From the NCBI GenBank assembly GCA_963674965.2, contig CAXXFL010000003.1:480001-544000 (forward strand): a DNA stretch of 64,000 nucleotides. Reading direction: 5' to 3'. A program made the translations under genes and the position numbers. This document shows positions 38,241 to 47,334 of this stretch, piece by piece. A model generated the notes under the pieces. The model worked only from the letters and a program-made list of their open reading frames with translations. It ran no database searches and was not told where the DNA came from. The stretch comes from a bacterium (GTDB lineage Bacteria > RBG-13-61-14 > DATKZS01). How positions within the stretch are numbered: the stretch's first letter is position 1; every line of letters begins with the position of its first letter.

Positions 38241-39554
38241 TCATTTGGTCTCTCCGTAAAGCTTGAGTAACCGGTACGCCTGGTCGGCCACGTCGATGAC
38301 GGCCCCTTTTTCCCTGGCGCGGGCCAGGACCTCCGACGGGGACCCCGCTCCCGTTTTCCGGTCCTCCTTCAACTGGGCGATGGCCCGGATCAGGGCGCGA
38401 CGCAAATCCGAGGCCGAGCCCGGAGCGAAGAAAAAGGCCCTTTCAAGCGCCTCCTTGGCGAAGACCATGCCCGGCTGGTCGGCCAGCGCCAGGTAAGTCC
38501 CGGTGGCGATCCCGTACTTGACGATGAGCGGACAGTTCTCGTCCCAGGTGGAGGGCACGACGAGAACGTCGATTTCCTCGAGGACCAGGTTCATGTCCTT
38601 GAAGGGAAACGTGCCCTTATACTCGACGTAGTCGGGAAGGGGAAGCGACTGGTAATACTCCCTCGCTCCCGGGTCGTCGAGGGAGCCGTAAACCAGAAGA
38701 CGGTGCTTTAAAGGAACGTCCTTGGCGGCGTGGGCCAGGAGCTCGAGGCCCTTGTGGGGAAGAAGTTGCCCGATAAAGGCCAACCGCGGCCGCTCGGACT
38801 TGCTTTTTACGTGGCCGGAAAAACGGGAGAGGTCCACGCCATAGTCCATTACCTTCTCGTTACCGCCCTTCATCCCCGCCAGGTGGTATCGGGCCAGGGC
38901 GTTGCCGTTAGGATATATCACGGCGTCGGCGCCCTTGAAAGCGTCCCTTGCCGCCTCCAGGCGCCGGCGAAGAAGCTTGAGCCGGGGACCGGGCCTCGCG
39001 GGAACGAGCCTTGTTGGAAAACGCTCGCGCAGTATCTTGTCCAGCCATGGCCACTTCACGAAGGCCGTCGAGTCGAACAGGCAGGGAACGCACCTAATAG
39101 CTTCCCTTGGCCCGGGGCACTTGTTCCCTTGTCCATCCAGGCTCTGGCCCCGGGGACAAAAGCCCGAGAAGTCGGTGACCGTGATAAAGGTCTTTGCCCC
39201 CAGTTCCCCGGCCGCGGCGGGAAGGGTCAAGGACAAGCCGCCGGTGAAGTACAGGAAATGTACCACGTCGGGCTTGAAACGGGCCATGACCTCGCGAAAC
39301 TTTTCCTCCTGCGGCGGGTTGAAGAAGTAGGTTTCCGGGTCGGCGGGGTCCACCTTGTCCCTAACCCTGTTCACCTTGAGTCCGTCGAACTCGACGCTCT
39401 CGAGGGCGGCAAAATCCGCTTTTCGGTCGTCTCTTAAATAGAAAATCTCGGTTTCGGCCGACCTCGAGACGGCCGAGGCCAGTTCCATGGCGTAAACCTC
39501 GGTGCCCCGCCAGTGGAAAGGGGGGAAAGAATGCGCGACGTATAGTATTTTCAT
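38241..39554 (-). CDS. Glycosyltransferase family 4
   Basis: MKILYVAHSFPP..GTEVY, PDVVHF, FIGQLLPHKG, DVLVVPSTWDENCP. Confidence 0.9.
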   Translation of the reverse strand: MKILYVAHSFPPFHWRGTEVYAMELASAVSRSAETEIFYLRDDRKADFAALESVEFDGLKVNRVRDKVDPADPETYFFNPPQEEKFREVMARFKPDVVHFLYFTGGLSLTLPAAAGELGAKTFITVTDFSGFCPRGQSLDGQGNKCPGPREAIRCVPCLFDSTAFVKWPWLDKILRERFPTRLVPARPGPRLKLLRRRLEAARDAFKGADAVIYPNGNALARYHLAGMKGGNEKVMDYGVDLSRFSGHVKSKSERPRLAFIGQLLPHKGLELLAHAAKDVPLKHRLLVYGSLDDPGAREYYQSLPLPDYVEYKGTFPFKDMNLVLEEIDVLVVPSTWDENCPLIVKYGIATGTYLALADQPGMVFAKEALERAFFFAPGSASDLRRALIRAIAQLKEDRKTGAGSPSEVLARAREKGAVIDVADQAYRLLKLYGETK

Positions 39555-39803
39555 TTTCAAAGCCGCCCGCTTAGCCGCGCCTCGGATGGCCGTCCGGGGC
39601 TCTCCGAAAGCCGGGCAAGGCTGGGCGTGATATATTCTAGTTGCGCTCCCCTTACCGTGTCAATCGGGACAGCCGGGTCTTGACTGTGGAGGGGACGCCG
39701 ACTATATTGCCAAAGTGAAGGCGGGACCGGTCCGAGCCGCCGGATTTTGCATTTTTTCTCGAACCGGCGGGGCCGGCGCCGGCAAGCATCTGAGGAGTCT
39801 GAA

Positions 39804-41216
39804 ATGGACGTACCCAATATCGAGATTAACGACAAGCAATACATGACCACCAATCAGGTGGTGCGCGGGGTGATCGAGCGGCTCGAGGCCGACAATACGG
39901 AGGACGCGGCCCACCTTTACAGCCACTGCCAGGAGGACGTGGGTTTCATCCTCATGGCCCGGGCGCCCAAGGACCGGCCCATCCAGGCCCGCCTGGCCAA
40001 GATGTTCTACAAGGCCAAGGACTTCGAGAAGGCGGCCCTCGTGCTCGAGGCCAACAAGGAATATAAAAGGGCCGCCGAGCTTTACGAGCGCACGGACCAG
40101 TACGAGCACGCGGCCGAGATGTGGATGGGGGTGAACGACGAGGATCGGGCCGCCCGCAACTACGAGAAGAACGGCTCCTGGCAGACGGCGGGCGAGCTTT
40201 ACGTGAAGCTTAAAAACTTCGACCGGGCCGCCTATTGCTTCGAGAAGTCCCTTGACCACATCCAGGCGGCCAGGTACTACTACCAGATCAAGAAGTTCCA
40301 GAAGTCCATGGAAATCCTTCAGAAGGTGCGGGAGGAGGAGGAGGGTTTCCTCGAGGCGGCGGTGATGATCGGAAACATCCTGGCCATGAACGGCTACCTG
40401 GACATGGCCGCGGCCAAGTACCGCAACGTTACCAAGACGGTCGAGATATCCCCCGGCACCCTGAGCGTCTACTACAACCTGGCCCAGCTTCTCGAGCGGA
40501 AGGGGGACGTTTTCGAGGCCACAAGCGTTTACGAGCAAGTTGTCTCCGTCGATATGAACTACCGCGACGCCGGGGCCCGGATCAAGGCGCTTAAAGGCAA
40601 AATCGCGGAGTCGGGGGCCAGGCCCGAGGACGTTCAGGTCGAGCTCGAGGAGATCGTCGAGGACCTCCAGGAGATCGAGGAGGACGAGATCACCCTGGTC
40701 CCGGGCGGCCAGTCCCTGATGGACTCGCCCAAGGCCCAGATCGTCAGCGTCATGGACGGCTTCGAGTTCCTAAAGAACACCTCCCTTTTCGACCGGCTCT
40801 CCCTTACCGAGATGAAAAGGATGTGGAACATATGCGAGACGGTCGATTTCCAGCCGGCCGAGATGATCATCGAGCAGGACCAGCCGGGCCAGGCCCTTTT
40901 CATCATCAAGAAGGGAGGGGTGGTGGTGCAACGGGTCAACCCCGGCTCGGTGACCGACCTGGTTTCCCTGCCCGCCGGCTCCCACGTGGGCGAGATGGCG
41001 CTGGTGGACGACGAGTCGCCCACCTCGGCCCGGGTCGTGGCCGGCGGCGACGGGGCCCAGGCCTTCAAGATCACGAGGGAGAAGTTCGAGGAACTGCTCG
41101 CCAGCGACGACAAGATAGCCATCAAGGTCTACCGGGTCTTCATCCGCACCCTTTGCGACCGGCTGCGCAAGACCACCGAGGACCTCTCATGCGCCCGGGC
41201 CATCCTGGAAAAGTGA
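39804..41216 (+). CDS. TPR-like repeat protein with C-terminal cyclic-nucleotide-binding domain
   Basis: GAGGAG RBS; KAA..YE helical repeats, YYNLA, YRDA; IIEQDQPGQALFIIKKG, VGEMALVD, SARV. Confidence 0.85.
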   Translation: MDVPNIEINDKQYMTTNQVVRGVIERLEADNTEDAAHLYSHCQEDVGFILMARAPKDRPIQARLAKMFYKAKDFEKAALVLEANKEYKRAAELYERTDQYEHAAEMWMGVNDEDRAARNYEKNGSWQTAGELYVKLKNFDRAAYCFEKSLDHIQAARYYYQIKKFQKSMEILQKVREEEEGFLEAAVMIGNILAMNGYLDMAAAKYRNVTKTVEISPGTLSVYYNLAQLLERKGDVFEATSVYEQVVSVDMNYRDAGARIKALKGKIAESGARPEDVQVELEEIVEDLQEIEEDEITLVPGGQSLMDSPKAQIVSVMDGFEFLKNTSLFDRLSLTEMKRMWNICETVDFQPAEMIIEQDQPGQALFIIKKGGVVVQRVNPGSVTDLVSLPAGSHVGEMALVDDESPTSARVVAGGDGAQAFKITREKFEELLASDDKIAIKVYRVFIRTLCDRLRKTTEDLSCARAILEK

Positions 41217-41253
41217 CGGGCGCCGAGGCCGAACCTGGGCTATACTCGGTCCC

Positions 41254-41457
41254 ATGAACATGAAATGGACGGGATGGAGATGGATAGCCGGCGCGGCCGG
41301 CTTCGGACTGGGCTGGGCCTACGGGACCTTTATCGGCTGCCATGGCGGGTGAGGACTCCTCTCCAGCCCGCCGTTGGCGGGCGCGATCTTCGCCCTCATG
41401 AGCTACAGCCTGGCCGAGCTTCTAAGGGGCGATCCCCAGGCCCCGGGAAACGAGTAA
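41254..41457 (+). CDS. Small membrane protein with in-frame UGA, candidate selenoprotein (DUF6132-like GCxxxC motif with Sec)
   Basis: MNMKWTGWRWIAGAAGFGLGWAYGTFIGCHGG-U(TGA 41350)-GLLSSPPLAGAIFALMSYSLAELLRGDPQAPGNE-TAA; two hydrophobic helices flank the motif; SECIS-like hairpin downstream. Confidence 0.7.
41366..41382 (+). promoter_or_regulatory. Putative bacterial SECIS hairpin
   Basis: GCCCGCC-GTT-GGCGGGC, a perfect 7-bp stem starting 13 nt after the UGA, loop begins GU. Confidence 0.65.
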
Positions 41458-41656
41458 CGCATAGAAAAAGCCATTGGTTAGGCCGGAGATCACATGTTAA
41501 CGGCGATGGGTTACCCGTTAAGGATATATATATATTGAACGGGTTAACGAGAGCCTTGACGCCTCTATCGGGCGCGAATTATACCTTGGAGAAACACGGC
41601 CTGACGTTATTTGTGTATGCACGCTGATCCCATGCCACATTTGAGAAGGAGGATTG

Positions 41657-41893
41657 ATGAGAAATAATTAATTCGAAACGTCTCCGATTCAATTGATAGT
41701 AGTCGGTTCTCTGTTAATTCTTTTTGCAATATTATTAATTCTAATAAAAGGATATTCATTGTCCACTCTAATCCATATAGGGCATATAATCCTAGGGGTA
41801 TATCTGATAATAATCTCTATATTAATGTATGGAAAGAAATATCGAGAAGCGAGTGACCAGAAGATTTTTCTAAACCGGAGGATGACAGTTTAA
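41657..41893 (+). pseudogene. AT-rich small two-TM membrane protein, interrupted by TAA at codon 5
   Basis: AGGAGG RBS, then ATG AGA AAT AAT TAA continuing in frame FETSPIQLIVVGSLLILF...; low GC. Confidence 0.45.
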
Positions 41894-41949
41894 AAGGGTA
41901 ACCCATGGCTCGCCTATGTGGGCGACTCTGCGATCATTCTTGGCTGGCT

Positions 41950-41993
41950 GGGTCGCCCATGCATCATGCATGGGCGGCGTAAGCCGCGGGCTG
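41950..41993 (-). repeat. REP-like repeat family copy (single arm)
   Basis: Reverse complement CAGCCCGCGGCTTACGCCGCCCATGCATGATGCATGGGCGACCC. Confidence 0.75.
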
Positions 41994-42106
41994 ATTTCCT
42001 CCCGCTATCGGACCCCTCCAATCGCCGGCCGGGACCAGCCGGAAAACGCCTCCAAGCGCCCGTAGCCCCGCAGACTGAAGCCCGTTCGCTCCGCTCACCC
42101 GCGGAA

Positions 42107-42149
42107 ACGAAAAGGGCCGGGACCGCTTGGAAAGGCGCGGTCCCGGCCC
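42107..42149 (-). terminator. Rho-independent terminator of the hydratase gene
   Basis: 13-bp stem GGGCCGGGACCGC/GCGGTCCCGGCCC followed by TTTTCG on the minus strand. Confidence 0.7.
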
Positions 42150-42167
42150 GATCGATCGGCCGTTGTA

Positions 42168-43001
42168 TCAGACCTCGAACTTGGCGGCCGCGTTCATGAT
42201 CACGGCCTTGCCGTCCTGGGTGTCGGCGGCGATGATGCACTTGCCGTCGCCGTCGTTCCAAATCTTGGTAACGACCTTGTCGCCGGGCATGACCGGACTG
42301 CGGAAACGGACCTCGTACTCCATGAGCTTGGACGGGTCGCCGCCGCAGCACTTGTTGATGACGGCCCGGCCCACGAAGCCGAAGGTGCAAAGGCCGTGGA
42401 GGATGGGCTTTTCGAACCCGGCCATCTTGGCGAAGTTGGGGTCGACGTGGAGGGGGTTGATGTCGCCCGACAGCCTGTAGATCAGGTTCTGGATGGGCAT
42501 GGTCTGGTCCTCGACGGTTATGTCGGGGGCACGGTCCGGGGCCTCGTTGCCCGCCGAGGGGCCCTTGTCCCCGCCGAAGCCGCCCGCGCCGCGCACGAAC
42601 ACGCCGAAGTAGTTGTCGAAGAGCGGCTCGCCGCTTTCCTTGATCTTGGTGGTGGTCTTGATGTAATAAAGGGCGCCCTTGCCCTTGTCGAACAGGTCGG
42701 TAATCTGGCCCTCAGTCACCGTCTCGGCCCTGACCGGAAGGGGACGCTTGTGGATGACTATCTTCTGCTCGCCGTGAAGTATCATCATCGGGTTGGCCCC
42801 GGTAAGGGGAATACTGCCGGCCAGGGCGGGGAAAGGCGGCACCACCGCGAAGGTCGGTATGACCTTGAGTTGTCCCTCGTACACGAAAGGCAGCTCGTAG
42901 GCCCCGATGCCAATGTTGTAGAGCACGATGTCCTTCCAGGTCCAGTTAAAATCCACCGGCGGCAGAGACTTGCCGGCGCAATCCGTTTTAATACCTCCCA
43001 T
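42168..43001 (-). CDS. Double hot-dog (R)-specific enoyl-CoA hydratase, MaoC/hydratase-2 family
   Basis: LHGEQ, YRLSGDINPLHVDP, PILHGLCTFG, RFRSPVMPGD; AGGAGG RBS. Confidence 0.93.
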   Translation of the reverse strand: MGGIKTDCAGKSLPPVDFNWTWKDIVLYNIGIGAYELPFVYEGQLKVIPTFAVVPPFPALAGSIPLTGANPMMILHGEQKIVIHKRPLPVRAETVTEGQITDLFDKGKGALYYIKTTTKIKESGEPLFDNYFGVFVRGAGGFGGDKGPSAGNEAPDRAPDITVEDQTMPIQNLIYRLSGDINPLHVDPNFAKMAGFEKPILHGLCTFGFVGRAVINKCCGGDPSKLMEYEVRFRSPVMPGDKVVTKIWNDGDGKCIIAADTQDGKAVIMNAAAKFEV

Positions 43002-43154
43002 TAGACTCCTCCTTGCAAAAGAACTTGAATTTCACGCCCTGGGTGGGCGGCTTGGAAAACCACAGTCGAATAACACCCGTTATATTAACAACGACTCGAG
43101 GATAATTGCAAGCTTAAACTTATCGAGCCGGCCTATAATCTTAAAAACGCGGAC

Positions 43155-43195
43155 AAAAACAAGCCCCGGCCGGGAACTCATATCCCGCCGGGGCC
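43155..43195 (-). terminator. Putative terminator of the fdh operon
   Basis: GCCCCGG..CGGGA/TCCCG.CCGGGGC hairpin followed by TTGTTTTT on the minus strand. Confidence 0.55.
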
Positions 43196-43220
43196 TTATG
43201 CTTTATTTTCTCGGTCGGGT

Positions 43221-43607
43221 TCAATCCCGATCGCTCTCCATGTAATCGCGGCTGAACTTGGCGAAGGTTTCCCGGGCCTCGCTTTCCATGCGGTCGTTAA
43301 GCTCGCGGAAACGTTCTATCAGCGTCTCGGCCAGGGGCGTTAGCACCGTGCCTCCTCCCTTGGCGCCTCCCGGGCTTTTGACCAGGAGCTTTTTTCCCAG
43401 GCGCTTTTCCATGGACTTGAGACGGCCCCACAGGGCCCGGTAGCTCATATTGAGTTCCTTGGCCGCCTGGTTGATCGAGCCGCTCCGTTTTATGGCCTCG
43501 AGCATGGCCACCCGGCCCATGCCGATGACCAGCTCGCCCTCCTCGTTCTCGATCCAGACCTTGAGCCGGACCGAGAAGCTTCCATTATTCTTGCCGCCGG
43601 GGCACAT
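43221..43607 (-). CDS. ModE-type winged-helix regulator (N-terminal domain only)
   Basis: KVWIE..GMGRVAMLEAIKRSGSINQAAKELNMSYRALW..GG.KGGGTVLT; no molybdate-binding TOBE domain. Confidence 0.9.
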   Translation of the reverse strand: MCPGGKNNGSFSVRLKVWIENEEGELVIGMGRVAMLEAIKRSGSINQAAKELNMSYRALWGRLKSMEKRLGKKLLVKSPGGAKGGGTVLTPLAETLIERFRELNDRMESEARETFAKFSRDYMESDRD

Positions 43608-43673
43608 GCTTTCCTTGTCCGCCCGATTATCGGACGGCTACGGGCGGCAAGGCTCCCGCGACGCTCACGATTT

Positions 43674-46370
43674 TTACGCCTTGGCGATCTTAACCGCGCA
43701 GGCCTTGTACTCGGCCGTCTTCGAGACCGGGTCGAAGGCGGGGTTGGTCAGCCAGTTGGCGTTGCCCTCCCGGAAGTGGAAGTCCATCCATACCATGCCC
43801 TCCGGCATTTCCTTGCCGATCCTCGCCTTGACCTTTACCTCGCCGCGGCGGGAGGCCACCTTTATACGGTCGCCGTCCTTGATGCCGTAGCGCTCGGCGT
43901 CGGCCCCTGAAATGTCGGCCACGCTCTCGCCCAGCAGCACGTTCATGCCGTCGCAGCGTCCCGTCTGGGTCCGGGTATGGTAATGGTACAATCTCCGCCC
44001 CGTGCTGAGAACGAGGGGGTATTCATCGTCCGGGACCTCGGCCGGCGGCGTCCAGTCGATGGCGTGGAACTGGCCCAGGCCACAGGAGAACTGTCCGTCC
44101 TTGTGCAGGAAGCAGGTGCCGGGATGGTCCTCGTCCGGGCAGGGCCACTGGAGACCGTCGTTCTCGATGCGGGCGTACTTGATGCCCTTGTAGGCGGGCG
44201 CCAGCTCGGAGACCTCGTTGTCCCAGATTTCACGGGCGCTTTTGGATTCCCACTCGTGCCCGAGCCGCTTGGCGATCTCGCGGAAAATCCACCAGTTGGG
44301 CTTGGCCTGGCCGGGGGGGACCGAGGCGGTCCTTACCCGGTTGACCCGGCGCTCGCTGTTGGTGAAAGTCCCGTCGTTCTCGCTCCAGGCCGCCGCCGGC
44401 AGGACCACGTCGGCGAAGCGGGTGGTCTCGGTGGGAAAGATGTCCTGGCAGACCAGGAACTCGGCCGACTCGAGGCAGTGCTCGACGTGGCGGATGTCCG
44501 GCTCCGAGTTGGCCGGGTTCTCGCCGAAGATGTAGAAGGCCTTGACGCTCCCGTCGATCAGGCCGTCGAACATGTCGGGCATCATGATGCCGTTCTTGTC
44601 GGACATGCCCTCGACGCCCCAGGCCTTCTCGAACTTCTCGCGGGCCGCGGCGTCGATCACCTTCTGGTAGCCGTGGTACACGTTGGGCAGGGCCCCCATG
44701 TCGCAGGCTCCCTGCACGTTGTTCTGTCCCCGCAGGGGGTTGACGCCTCCGCTCTCGACGCCCATGTTGCCAAGGAGCATCTGGAGGTTGGCCGTGCTCA
44801 TGACGTTGTTCACGCCGCAGGTGTGCTCGGTGATGCCCAGGGTATAGCAAAGCATCACTGGCTTCACGCTGGCCAGCTTCCTGGCCACCTCGCGTATCTT
44901 ATCGGGGGCTATGCCGCTTATGTCGGCCACGCGCTCGGGCGGATACTCGGCCACCTTTTTCTTCAAGTCCTCGAAGCCCACGGTGCAGGAATTGACGAAT
45001 TCCTTGTCGTAGAGGTCCTCCTCGATGAGGACGTTCATGATGCCGTTGAGGAAGGCAACGTCGCATCCCACTTTAATTTGAAGATGCATGCAGGCGTGTT
45101 CCGTGAGCTTGTGCGCGCGCGGATCGGCCACTATAAGCTGGGCGCCGTTCTTGACGGCGTTCTTGACGAAGGTCGCGGCCACTGGATGGGCCTCACACAT
45201 ATTGGAGCCGATGACGAAGAACATCTTGGCCTTGGGGAACTCGCGGAAAGAGTTGGTCATCGCGCCGGAACCGAAGCTATTCACCAGACCGGTGACGGTG
45301 GGAGCGTGTCATGTTCGTGCGCAGTGGTCAATGTTGTTGGTCTTGAATACCCCCCTGAACAGCTTCTGCATGTTATAGGAGTCCTCGTTGATGCTGCGGG
45401 CGCAGCTCACGCCGGCCACCGAGTCGGGGCCGTGCTTCTCGATGATCTCCTTAAACCTCGAGGCCACCAGGTCCAGGGCCTCGTCCCAGGAGGCCTCCCG
45501 GAACTCGCCGTTCTCCTTGATAAGGGGAGTGGTCAAGCGCTCGCCCGAGTAAATGAAGTCGAAGCCGAAGCGGCCCTTTACGCAGAGCCGGCCCTGGTTG
45601 GGCTCGGCGTTCTCCACCGCCGTGACCTTCACGACCTTGCCGCGGTTGACGTGCAGCCAAAGCTGGCAGCCCACGCCGCAATAAGGGCAGGTGGTCCTTA
45701 TTTTCTGGAGGTCGAAGACGCGTCCCTTGCCCTTGGACTTCTTCTCGGTCAGGGCGCCCGTGGGACAGGCCTGGACGCACTGGCCGCAGAACACGCAGTC
45801 GGACTCGGGATGGAGCATGGGCCGGTCGTTCATGGTCACGATCTTGGCCTCGAAGCCCCGGTTGCCGAAGCTGATGGCCCCGTTGACCTGGACCTCGTTG
45901 CAGGCCTGAACGCAACGGCCGCAGAGCACGCACTTCCTGGGGTCGCGGATGATGAAGGGGTTGTCCTCGTCGATGGGAAGCGGCTCGGCGTCGTGTTTGA
46001 TCCTGACCGTTTCCACGCCGTACTCGTAGGCCAGCTTCTGGAGGTCGCAGTCGCCGTTGGCCTCGCACAGCATGCAGTCGTGCTCGCCGAAGGCGATCAG
46101 AAGCTCGAGGTTCATGCGCCGGACCTTGTGCACCTTCTCCGTGTCCGTCTCGACCGACATGCCGTCCGTGGCCGGGGTGGTGCAAGCGGGAAGGAGGTTC
46201 CTGGCCCCCTCGACCTCGACCATGCACATGCGGCAAGACCCCGTCGGGCTCACCCCCCGCATGTAACAAAGCGTGGGTATGCGGACCCCGTTTCGAGAGG
46301 CGACCTCCAAAATGGTGTCGCCCTCCTGGAAATCGTACTCCACTCCGTTCAATTTGATTTTTTTACTCAT
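43674..46370 (-). CDS. fdhF: Selenocysteine-containing Mo/W formate dehydrogenase alpha subunit with NuoG-like Fe-S N-terminus (898 aa)
   Basis: The two track ORFs are one frame joined at TGA 45311-45309: [53 protein letters not shown]; N-terminal 2Fe-2S and 4Fe-4S motifs; no Tat signal. Confidence 0.96.
45281..45295 (-). promoter_or_regulatory. SECIS element of formate dehydrogenase
   Basis: UCACCG-GUC-UGGUGA hairpin starting 13 nt after the UGA, resembling the E. coli fdhF GGUCUG apical region. Confidence 0.85.
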
Positions 46371-46448
46371 GGCAACTCCTGAATAAATTCTTCAGCTCCA
46401 ACTCGAGCCGCGCGAGTCCCGCGCGGCTAAAACGCGGCCGTCCGCGTT

Positions 46449-47054
46449 TCACTCCTTGTAATAAGCCTCGCCCTGGCAGTGCAGACAGGAACCTCCGTGC
46501 TTGGACGGATATGGCTCGCCGCAACCCGGACAAATGGCCACCGCCCCGAGCTTGTGCTTGGTCAAAAACTCGGGGGCCACCTTAACGCGTCTCGTCTTGA
46601 AAAGGGCCTGGCCCGCCTTCCTGATCTCGCCGTAAAGGGCCCGGTCGTCCTGCTCCTTTTTCGGTTTGAGCTTGAAAAACCAGGTCTTCACCGCCGGATA
46701 ATCCTCGAGCCGAGAGGGATCGAGGCTGACCCGGACGCCGGCCCCGCTCGCCTTGTCGTAAAGGGTAAGGGCGAAGCGGCCCGAGTCCATGACCCTAAGC
46801 CAGCCGTTACCGAGCGAGCAAAGCGTAAGAAGCTGGACCGCGTCGGGAAGACAAGACCTCGTCTCGCAAACGGCGTCGAACAGAACGCCCTCCCCCAGGC
46901 TCGAGCGGGCCAACTCGACCATGGGGCCGCCTATCATGAGGCCCGGCGCGGGAAAGCCGTGGAAGTCCCGCACCAACTCCATGTATTCCTCATAAGTAAA
47001 GGCCCGGCCCTTGTGGTCCCGGCACCAGAAATCGTCCCTTTTATCGTCCGTCAT
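46449..47054 (-). CDS. FmdE-family protein with C-terminal zinc finger
   Basis: FHGFPAPGLMIG, ETRSCLPDAVQLLT.CSLGNG, CPGCGE..CLHC. Confidence 0.9.
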   Translation of the reverse strand: MTDDKRDDFWCRDHKGRAFTYEEYMELVRDFHGFPAPGLMIGGPMVELARSSLGEGVLFDAVCETRSCLPDAVQLLTLCSLGNGWLRVMDSGRFALTLYDKASGAGVRVSLDPSRLEDYPAVKTWFFKLKPKKEQDDRALYGEIRKAGQALFKTRRVKVAPEFLTKHKLGAVAICPGCGEPYPSKHGGSCLHCQGEAYYKE

Positions 47055-47216
47055 TCAGTACTTCGCTTCCCGAAAAATTTTCAAAAGTTCCGCGACCGGC
47101 CGCGAAAGGTCCCGCCCGCCGGCGAAAATTATCCCGGATTTAATTTTCCCTTTTAAATCCGGCTAACTGTCCGTCTCCCGCGCCCCTTTCAGGGCCGCGA
47201 GACAAAAGACATAAAG

Positions 47217-47245
47217 ATGTTAGCATCCATGGGATAAAAGGTCAA
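47217..47245 (-). promoter_or_regulatory. Putative sigma-70 promoter of the fmdE-fdh-modE operon
   Basis: Minus strand TTGACC-17 nt-TAACAT with TG extended -10. Confidence 0.6.
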
Positions 47246-47296
47246 ACAATAAAGCCCCTTGCGTGGGCCTGGTTTGCCTCCCCCCGAGCCTTGCCC

Positions 47297-47334
47297 GTAG
47301 GGTGCATGATTTTGTTTTAAAAACAAAATCATGC
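47297..47334 (+). repeat. GTAG-led perfect inverted repeat (REP-like)
   Basis: GTAGGGT followed by GCATGATTTTGTTTT-A-AAAACAAAATCATGC (15-bp perfect arms). Confidence 0.7.

Noticed and set aside
41265-41627. 120-aa ORF from the track
   Set aside because: Arg/Gly/Pro-rich with no recognisable features; it overlaps the better-supported frame 41254-41457
45285-45311. FDH as a split pseudogene
   Set aside because: The UGA sits at the catalytic Sec position, in frame, with a SECIS hairpin
14038-46382. Long antisense ORFs (e.g. 14038-15228, 15446-17290, 21098-23386, 43977-46382)
   Set aside because: Shadow ORFs opposite well-supported genes, expected in high-GC DNA
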